Source: Trichinella spiralis
Taxonomy: Eukaryota
NCBI RefSeq assembly: GCF_000181795.1
Contig: NW_003526941.1
Location: 9,244,692 to 9,277,574, forward strand
Length of the DNA: 32,883 nucleotides
Direction of reading: 5' to 3'
Part shown: positions 22,601 to 32,883 of the stretch, one piece after another
Position numbering within the stretch: the stretch's first letter is position 1
Layout: every line of letters starts with the position of its first letter
Position numbers and translations under genes: made by a program
The notes under the pieces: generated by a model
The model's database searches: none
What the model saw: the letters and a program-made list of their open reading frames with translations, nothing else
What the model was told of the DNA's origin: nothing

Positions 22601-25104
22601 CAGTTTGTCAAAGCTTAACCAATGATGGAATATGATTATTAATGTAGGAACACTGTACAACACGGCTGTTTCGAAATTGATCAACCAATCAAACAACAGA
22701 AAACAACAAACGAATTTGGTTGGACGAATCAACATAGCCTGGTCTCTCTATATTTTCATTAACAATCGTCATTTTCTATACACTCGCACAACACACGCAC
22801 GGATACGTACACTTACTTTTACACTTATAAACAACTTATTGGCTTCTCAGTCAATCAGTTATTCAGTGAAACTTTAGTCATCTATTTATCCAGTTCACTA
22901 CTCGTATAAATACTTTATCATTATAAAGTTTCAACAGCAACAACAACAACAACAACCACAACATTCTGCTAAAATTGTATCTATATGTATATACAGGTAT
23001 GGGTGGTATTATTTTACATTTATTTTTGTTTAATAATGATTCGAAATAACATGGAAATTGCCGATGTAAAATAATGATAGTTGATCATGTTTGTTGTGAT
23101 AAGTTATCAGCTTTGCTCTATCAGAGGAACAGTTTTCGGTTGACTAATGGCCCATCAATTGCGTGGATCGTTTGGTGGTGATCATTAGCGGCCGTTACAG
23201 TGGATGTCAATGCGTGGTCGTTAGGGAATTGTAGATTTAATCAAAGATCGAAAATCCAATGGCACAATTTTGCCTCTTCAACCATCGGTTCCTAATGAGC
23301 CATGTTTATATCAGCTTTTCCGGCCAGGCATCGATCGGCTTTGCTGTTTTGCTTGTACTGAAGTTACATTTTCAATTTCATTTTAGTTGACCTGAATTTG
23401 GATACATAGCCTTGAGCATTTTATCACCTCTTCCGCTTTACAGGTGGTAGGCTTCAACTATTTGCTACTTATTCATTAGAGCAGATTAGTTATAAGCAGC
23501 TGCTCTGATCTAACTGTTGTTGCCACTGGCTTAGCTTAATAACAACAGTTCACTTCGAAGGGCAAATCATTTTAACAGTTTTTAAATTTAAATAAGTAAA
23601 ACACTGGAAAGGTGCTATTTTACTTTTTGAAGTTTTAAGAAACAGGCAGTGAAATTTTTGTATTACAGTTCTTGAAAATTATATTTTTATAAAACATTTT
23701 GCAATTAGATTTGATCAGATTGTAATTGCAAGAAAATGCAATGAAAAAACTATGGAATTTTTATTCTGACTTTTCAGTTGAATAATTTTCAAATGCTGTC
23801 GATCATATTTTACAAATTGTTTTGTCGATTCAGCTCTATCAGTGATGTACATATAGGAAGGTTCGGATGTGAAATTGCACTTGAAGTTAGTTATACGATC
23901 AACTTTGGATTCGATTTGATATTTCAGACGTTCAATTTAGCGTGGAATGGTTCGCTTGCAAAGCAGGCAAGTAAACTGAGGAACAGTTTCAATTTTTTAA
24001 CTTGAACAGCAGAATTTTCTATCTGTGGTTGATTAGAATAGAAAAAAGTTGTAGTTGAATTTCATGCAAAACGTGAGATTGACAGAAAGAGTGCTTGCTA
24101 TTTTGAAAATTGTTACCAGGAAGTTGTTGTTGCAATACTGTTTCATTTTTGAATGATTTTTATTCATTGTGCTTCGCTTCACTGAAAAGTCAGCATACTA
24201 ATAAATAAGCAAACGGAACAACAATAATATTAATAAATTTCTGTGCATGGAAAGAGAAATATTTTACAATCATCAGCTTTATACTCTGCTCAAACAAAAG
24301 ATTGTAAGAAAATTTGAATTTGAATAGAGAAATGGAGAATAACAATAATAATTCATTAGAGGTTAAGAATTGCTTTTTTGTGATTTTGTGAATGATAGAT
24401 ATAACGACAAGGGATATGAATGCAATTCGAATGAAAATCTGAATCTAACTAACGCCTAGTCAACTGCAGATTGTTTTTTCCATTGAACGCTATAGTACAA
24501 TTTCCTGCTCCAAAAGCGACAACAGTTAACGATACAATTCAATTAAATAACCAAGTAAGCAAACAAACATTTCTTTCGATTATTAATAAATCCAATTAAT
24601 TAGCAAGCGCAAGGTCTTTTTTGGATTACTCATTTAACTATTTTAATGTGAAATCAAGTTTCATTTTTCCCATTCAAACAATTTGTGAAAGCAACATTTT
24701 AAATGCCATTGTTCATATATTTGCATTTTACGGATTTATTTGAAAATATTTTATTCAAATCTTTTTCTCTTATATCTCATCTGTTTCATCTTTCACGCAT
24801 TCAGCTAAACTCTTTAAGTAATCATAATATTAATTCTTTAAATAATAATCTGATAATCAGTCTTTTGTAAATGCAAAAAAAAACTTAATTTTATTCAACG
24901 AAATTATGATATGTACACGTACATTCAAAAATTAAAAAAAAATCAAGAAAGGCTTATCAATTTGTTGGCAGGGCCATACATATAGCTAGCTCAATTGCAC
25001 AGCGATTCATTCCTCTTCACCAACGCGGCATGCTAGTTTCTCTTTCTTTTGCTTTCTCTCTTATTTCAGTTGACAACAGCTTTACACTTTATGCACAACT
25101 ACTA

Positions 25105-25265
25105 ACCAACAAGCTAGATAGCTAGATGGCTGGCTGGCTAGTTGGCTGACTAACAAGCTAGCTAGCTGCAAGAAGCTAGAGCGAAACATGCTGACAACGT
25201 TTACGTACCATTTCCTCCTCCTCCTCCTTCTCCTCCTGTTGTTGTTGTTCTGCTTCTTCTTCATC
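25105..25265. repeat. Degenerate (TAGC/TGGC)n cluster followed by (CTC)n/(TTG)n/(TTC)n low-complexity tract
   Basis: Directly visible simple repeats. Confidence 0.8.
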
Positions 25266-28200
25266 TACTATACTTCTTTTCCTTTTTTTTCATCTTGACA
25301 GCTGCATTGCAGCGAATGGAATGGAATGGAAAGAACGAACGGCAATGCTGTTGTGCAGACGTTCGTTTCTGTCGGTCTGATCGATCACCGTATGCCTCTC
25401 AATCATTGATGTGATCTTTTTCTGCGGTTCTGCTCTGGCAATGCTTTAATCCCCACAGCAAAGCCAAAAGCGCACAATCAGAAGGGGTTTGGATAGTCAG
25501 GCATGAAAATACGCGTAACGTACAAAAATAGAAAATACCTTCTTCTTTCTCAACATATTTAAACCACAAACCCACAGATATGTATTATATGTCTGCATAG
25601 TTCAAAAAAAAATATTCCATTTTCGAATTTTCCCTATTGTAAAATTATTATTTTGTTTAAATTTTTACTTTTTTAAAAACTAATCTAATATTTAATTCAG
25701 TATTTCTACTAAAAGTGATCTGCTCCACTCTTAACTACTACTGTATGATGATTAAGTAAGAGTTATTTTTTGTTGTTTTTTTCTGCAAATTTTTCTTCTT
25801 TCACAACATTGACGTAAAATTTAGATGAAGAAGCTGATTTTTTTTCTTATTTTTTGACTGACAGTCATGCATTTGTTTTGTTTGAAATTTTATTTATTTT
25901 CTTTCTATTTCGGTAACTAGTAAATGGTAAATAATATGCGTGAACACCAATATATTATAATGATCATTGAGGAAAAAAATGGGGGGGGGGGAGGGAATTA
26001 ATTTTTCATATAATTAATATATATCTGTGTTTCTTTATGCATGTAGAAAGGAGAAATTTATTTATTTATTTACTTATTTACGATAAAAGAGAGGCAAAAC
26101 AAGTAATGTTCCATCAGTGAATGATATTTGGCATATATTCGATGGGAAGGAACTTGAATGACGATAAGTGGTCGTCGTTGAAGTTCATCAGGGGATTCAC
26201 CGTCCGGTCATATGAAGATTGATCAGCAGGCAAGCAGTGTTTGATTGGACCGTGAAACGGTTCCGGGCTCTGTACTGTCTAGGGATTGAACACAAGAGTC
26301 GTCAGTCAAAAATTGACTTGGTTATTTTCTTCTTTTGACTTCATCATGCAATCAGGCAATTTCTGTGAAGCGTCGATGTGTCAAAGTAGATGGACATGAA
26401 ACTACGCCCACGCAATGCTTAACACTGCTCTTATACCGTTCGGCTTGCATGGACGGAAGCGGAGTTGCTGCTAAACGGACGGACGAATTTGCCGAGAGGC
26501 TGCCTGCTTGCCTGCCTTTCAATCGATCGATCACTTAATCGTTAATAGCATTTGCCAATTTTGGCAGTCTCCACCATTTTCTTCAACTCTTTATCTGTAT
26601 ATATGTATATGTATATAGATAAAGAGAGATCCATATGCAAATAATACACACACAGATATAGATGTGGATATTAGCTTTCTAATTTTTTATTATATAATTC
26701 ATTTGAGCATCATTGTTATTTTTTGTTTTTTTATTTCAAGGTTTTATCATTCGTTGTTTCATTTATCTGTATTTCTGTTGTTGTTTTCGTCTTCTCTTTG
26801 CCACTTGTATATCAGTTGATGAGGAGCAAATTAACGAATTCAGTGTTGCAAGGACAGACGCTGCAAATGCTTCATTTTATCGAGATTTTTAATCGTTTCT
26901 TCGTGACAAATTAATTTTGATATACTACGATGCTGTTTTTGTCTGTTAAAAAATCAGAGTGATTATTTTTTGGATATTTTTTAGCTTATGAAATTCTTGC
27001 AACGGTTCTTTTTTCTTCCAAAATCTTACTAACCAACTTTACCCAGTAGCACTACTTTACAGTTCTGTAGACGATGATTGCGATTGAAAATTATTGATTT
27101 AAAAAAAATTAATAGCAGAGCTTCGGAAATGTTCATATTTTCATTTTTCATTTTCCTTTTGCGCTAGTATATTTGTAAAATTTATACAGCAGTGTGTGTT
27201 TGTGAAAATTGATTAGAATTGCTTTGAAGAGAATTGAATGATTGTCGTGCAACAATCAGTTTTATAACATATTTATTTATATAAACTTTTATGCTAATTG
27301 AAAGATTTTATAAATATTTATTTGATAATTAATTCGAAATTTAAAGATATGTTGTGGTTGTAATGATTTTTTCGTTGCAGCTTACTGAAATTTTATGCGT
27401 TAACTTCTCTGATAGCTGTGAATGTAATGGGCAAAAAATAGCTACAAACAAATCAGCCTTAGCATTACTTTAATGCAACAGTGAGCTGTTGGTCTTTTAA
27501 AGATAAGTTCGCTATTAGCCTTCAGCATAGTGAAAATTTTTTTCCCAACATTCTTCCCACGTTTTTAGTTGTATGCAACGTAATTCACAATTGTTTCCAG
27601 TGACTTTTGCAAACAGTTAATTACTTGCAACTTTTATCAATATACTACAAATTTCTTGCTCTGTCTCAGGATTGGATCGAAAATTGAAATTTCATTTCCA
27701 CTGAATTTTTATCTTTCATGAACGGATTCTTTTCATCGGTAGCAAAATATCAGTTTCGTTGAACAAAGTGTGTAATGTTGAAAACAACGTGTAATGAAAG
27801 TCGTCTAAATGCACCATATTTATTTCCCATATTTAAACATTTACTTGTAATATTGTATTCGTTATTCATTTTTTCAAGATTTTCAAGATTCATTACAGTT
27901 ATATTTACATTTTAGATATTTTTCAATTTCCCATTTTTGAAAGAAATGCAACTTGTTGTTATGCGTTGTTGTCCACTTTTAAGCACACTGCTGGTGGCGA
28001 TTTGAAGCACTTGTAAGTGAACTGCTTAAAATCTTGGGGCACTGTTAAAATTTTAAATAAACAAATTGCTCAGCCAAAACATGCATGTAATGCAATATAG
28101 AAGAGAGAGGAACTGATTTCTCTAATCGTTATTTAAAATTTAGTCATACTATTGGAAATGATTTCCGGATTTGAATATTATTGTTGTTTTAAACTGCAAT

Positions 28201-29522
28201 CGTATTTTCATATTCTATTTTTATATTAAGCTTAAAAACATAAACAAACAGTGAACAATATGGAAAGTTGCCCGAAGAAAAAAAAATAGACTTGAGATTA
28301 TGTTAGTTTCATATAAATGAAACATTTTCAAAGTTAATGTCCTTGAACTAGTCTTGTGAGAGCAGTTAAAAAATTGACATGCTCAATTTGCTAGAAGCTT
28401 TCTGTCAAATTAGCAACTCTTTGGAAAAAAGCCAATTGGCAGTTGGTGCTCGAGTAGATAAGCCGTAGACTGACTGCTTTTTAATACTTTGCACAAATTC
28501 TGTAAGTTATATTGCAAAACAATATATGTATATAACAAATATACGCAATTGTAGTGTATTTATTATTTTAATCTTCAACAGGAAATTTGCATTTATTTTT
28601 ATTAAGCTTACTGATGTTAAATTAAGCTGTGTTCTATTCTTTGTGTTTGTGTGTTTTATTTGTGCATATGTTGTGCTTCTTTATCAGATCAGTTAATTAT
28701 CCTACACAGCTGTGTGCATGAAGTGTTGTAATCTGAAATTAATATATTAGAATTGATGATATGAACAAGATTGATAGTTATTCCTTTTATACGTTGGAAA
28801 AATTACAAATCTATTTCGAAACGAATCTAGGATTACTGTATTGTATTATAAAAGTATTCCAATTTATAAAGCAATAATTCAAGCAGACAGTTTTTGCAAT
28901 ATTATTAATCCAAAGTTCTTATCTGTAGAAAATAACATGGGCATCATTTTTTTTGCAAATTATGCACATTATAATTTATTTGCATTTGCGCGTTAGTAAG
29001 ATTGTTATACTTAAAGGTGCATACATTACATTATATTCGTTTCTGATTATATATGTATGTATGTATGTATGTGTGTGTATTTATTTATTTATTTATTTAT
29101 ATTGTTAATTATATATGATAATGAGAAATTGCATGAGACAGAAAAGTAATGGTTGATAATAGTATAGAGATAATTAGGGTAACGATGATGACAGTAAATG
29201 ATAATTAATAGGAATTGTTAGTTTGACAGTTATAGATTTGAAACAGTATAACCAAGTTTAGCTGTTAGCTGAGATGGAGTAATGTTGTTTACAAATTTTG
29301 TCGCTGTCATGCAGTGCAAGTAAGATCAGATTCGACTTGCACATTGATGCGGCAATAATGAAAACGACGGGTTCGAGAAAGCTGTCAATTGTGATTATAT
29401 GGTTTTAGAATTTAAGCTTTCAACTAACTGAACTGTTCTCATGTAAATAATATATTCAGTTTCAGCTTTTAGTTTTGTACAATATTAATAACACATCTAT
29501 TGCTATATTTTCATAATTTCAC

Positions 29523-29526
<4 letters not shown>

Positions 29527-29571
<45 letters not shown>
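29527..29571. repeat. (TA)n microsatellite, about 22 units
   Basis: Perfect TA run. Confidence 0.97.
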
Positions 29572-29573
<2 letters not shown>

Positions 29574-31689
29574 ATTTTTTGTTGAAAACAATTGTTTGTT
29601 TGAGCTGTTTGTTTAATTGAAGAGTAGTAGTAGCAGTTGCACATGTTATAGAATTTGACAATAGGGAAATTGTGATTTTGAAAGGTTTGGTTAATTCTGT
29701 GATAAGCTAACTGATCGAAAGCTAGAAAATGTGTTAATGATAATTGCAGGCAGTAAACATGAAAATAGGCAACAGTTGGCGTGTGAGAATAGACAGACAG
29801 ACACAACAGCTGAGGTTGTAAAATGCATTTTCAGATTTTTTTGAACGATTTCATTTCTTACACAAAAAATGGGGATGCAATCTTATTTCTTCACTTGCAT
29901 AGAATCTTCTCTGAATGTATTTTTCTGTAAATAATTTTTTTCACATTTTCTGCTGTATGTTTTATGAGAAAACATTCAATTATTACACTAAATAATGATC
30001 CAGTAGATAGTATTATTTATTGTTTTTCATATAGTATGTTTTATCATCGGTCATGTTCATTAGCCTAGCTAGCTGGTGAAATAGCTGTTCATTGTGATAT
30101 GTTTTTATTCAAATTCATTATGGTCCATCCAACTGGCTTTTCTTACATGTGTTTCGATTATTATTTGTACAGGCACAATTGACCAGTTCACATCTAGCAT
30201 ATTATTATTATTATTATTATTTATTATTTTCTTCACTTCACATAACAGTAGTTTAATAGTGGTATAAGTTGAAGCACGCAACGTAGAAGATGAGTGATTG
30301 TTTGTTAAAAAGAAAGTACAACTGACTGACATTTAACTAGTATATTTCTTGTTATAACTGCATCATTGAAACTGTACAAGTGCGCTTGTTTGTTGATTTA
30401 TTATTGCAATTGTTATAATTTCGATAATAGTGGGAAAACGTTACTACTATGCAAATGTAGCATTTGATTTAATGTATGAACATAATAATAATAATAATTG
30501 TTAACAACAAATTGATTTGATTGTAATATTGAAAAATGAAAGAATGAATATACAATTCATGAAGGAAAACTTGATCAAAATATATACTATTATTGCAATT
30601 GTGTATATTTACTTTAAATACTAATTATTCATTGTCATTCAATTGTACTGTTGCATCTTGCAGTAGTAGTTGTTGTAATTTCAATTTACATTAATAACTA
30701 ATTTCCACAACGTGATGTTTGCTTATTGTTTTGTGTTGTATTTAAGCTTAGTTTGTAATAATAACTATTATAGATTATGTTAATATGATAAAAACTCTTA
30801 GTGTTATATATATATAATTTTAATAATAATTTTATGCAAATATATTGTTGCTGTTGCTGTATATCTTTTCTGTATGATTACTGGGAACCACACCTTATTA
30901 ATAATATTTTATGCAGTGCTTTTGGATGAATGTTTGTGCTTAGTGCTGACTAGTATTTTTTTTTTATAAATTTACTCTAGAAAATAGTAAAGAAAACTTT
31001 TTTAAATGTGACGTACGAAAGCATTTTCATAGTTGTGTATCCTTCCTGTTGACATTATTCAAGTGTATCAGTATTTTTTTTGATTTCAAATTGTATTGTA
31101 CTTTTCTTTTGAAAATTAATACTTAATTTTGTGCTAATAAGAAGATTTTTTTATTGTTGTTCTGTAGAATAATCACATTTATGTATATTGTATTTAACAC
31201 ATACTACTCTAACATTAAAATATTTATAATAATTTATAAATATTTACAACATTAATTTAAATAACTTGAATAAATTATTAGATTTTTTTTATTATTGATC
31301 ATGATGACGATGAGCATTAGAAAGTGAAATTAAATTAGTAATGTTTCATTTTTTCATTTATCATCATCATTCATTTATATATTAAAAGAGAATTTTGTTA
31401 TTATTGATTTCATGTGAAACATTTTAATTGTGAAGAAAATTTTTTTTAATATTTTGAAAAATTGCTAAAAATTGATTTTTTAGATAAATAAATAAAAATA
31501 CTTCATCATATTGAACATGGAGTTTTTTTTATTTAAATTTTAATAAGTATATACTTTGAAGGTCCATTTTATTTTATTTCATGTAAAAGATGATAGTAGT
31601 GTAATAAGTCACGAATTATTTATTATTCGAATTAGTAGAAAAAATAGTAAATGTTGATTGTAGTGGAATAAGAAATTCTGAGAAGCGAT

Positions 31690-31925
31690 GATGAAGAAGG
31701 AGGAAGAGGAGGAGGCGGTGGGGGAGGAGGAGTTATACAAGATGATGGTGAAAAAGAAAGTTGTGCAGGTGCTTATACAATGTCGGTTGTTTTTCTAGTT
31801 TTCATTGATCGATTAGCTTTTTCTGTCATCCAGTCAATGTAACTAGCTAACTAGCCATCTAGCTAGCTAGCTAACTACTAGCTACTGGCTGGCTGCTAGC
31901 CAGCAAGCTGCTAACTAGCTTGCTG
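31690..31925. repeat. (GAG/GAA)n purine tract followed by a degenerate (TAGC)n cluster
   Basis: Directly visible simple repeats at 31690-31732 and 31841-31925. Confidence 0.8.
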
Positions 31926-32883
31926 GTTTTGCTGTTGGCTATCAGTTTGCTTAATGTCTTTCGGTTAACAGACTTAATTTTACAGAGCATGTACAATTTT
32001 ATCAGTATTTAATAGGGATAAAGATTGTAGTTTCTGGTGTGTTTTACCTGCTGCTGTCGTTTGGTTTATTGCAAAGTTGATCGGTCGGTCGGTCGGTCGG
32101 TTGTTAGCTTATTCTTGTGTTATTTATTGATCAAAGTTTGCTATTTAACGCTATGCATAGCTTCCTGCATAGCTTCCGCAGGGAAAGGGAAATGCTGTAG
32201 TAATATTTAGATGATTTTATATCGTCTGACCATTGACTGACTGACTGTTTTGCTTAACTCTTCGTCGTCTGCATAATCGACCGCGAACTGTGTGGATAAA
32301 TTGAAGTCGATTGAAAAATGCTGCTTTATTTGAACAACAACAATCATCATCAATATGCATACATTTACTAATTTTAATTTTACTTTCTGTTTATTTACTT
32401 ATTTCATCTAATATTAACTTTTGTTCTGTTGTTGTTGTTGTTGTTTTGCTGATGCTTCAGCTTGGGTTTGTGAAAATGAATGCTTGACAATTTTTATCAT
32501 AGCACCACCGAAAGCATCCAAATCAGTGGAAAAGAATCGGCAATAATAAGATCTGTTTCATTTCACACAAATAATTATCCCACAATAATCAGTAAATGAA
32601 ATTGAGGAATATAATAAAAGTGAGAAATAATAAATATCAAGAAATTTATGAATATCAAATAAAAGTTCAAAAAAGAAAATTCGTCATTCAATATAATTTT
32701 ATCTTAAAAATAAGTTTCATTAAAAAACATTCAATCAAAAAAAACAACACCAAATTCATCAAGCAGTGAACGATAATTTCAGCATTGGCAATAGCAGCAG
32801 TAAGTAATTTCTCACATAGACTTCAATAGACATGCATCACCCAAAATTAGCCGACAGGGGTCGATGCAAGAGTCGAATCCACC

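Noticed and set aside
26140..26200. Possible hammerhead ribozyme (minus strand CTGATGA followed by a stem-loop)
   Set aside because: The required GAAA does not follow stem II (the sequence is TCCTTCCC), and stems I and III are not evident.
15372..30332. 60-95 aa ORFs scattered through the AT-rich region
   Set aside because: They have Phe/Ile/Leu/Lys-biased or microsatellite-derived composition typical of chance ORFs.
13400..32883. Conserved microRNAs (let-7, miR-100, miR-125/lin-4, miR-1 and others), snRNAs, rRNA, CRISPR arrays or transposase/RT remnants
   Set aside because: None were recognised by eye. This does not exclude lineage-specific RNAs; Rfam/miRBase searches would be needed.

Overview
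This is eukaryotic genomic DNA, AT-rich, with many 50-75 nt GT-AG introns and abundant microsatellites. The style suggests a nematode, possibly Trichinella-like, but that is an inference. The first 13.4 kb is gene-dense, with seven protein-coding genes reconstructed by hand. They are an intronless SEC14-like CRAL-TRIO+GOLD gene (-, running off the left edge), a multi-exon PH+ORD oxysterol-binding-protein-related gene (+), SURF6 (-), intronless SDHAF4/Sdh8 (+), two tandem paralogous 3-exon genes (-), and a winged-helix + SAM-domain gene (-). The two tandem genes are only fragmentary in the ORF track. They encode small secreted prepro-proteins with a signal peptide, an RxKR furin-type site and a shared G[YF]GxxNP...YxDxGNVxFW motif. 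The remaining ~19.5 kb has no supportable coding sequence. It contains GC-richer islands, a ~190 bp direct duplication, a hairpin cluster and simple repeats. The tandem secreted prepropeptide pair is the best candidate for an undescribed system.
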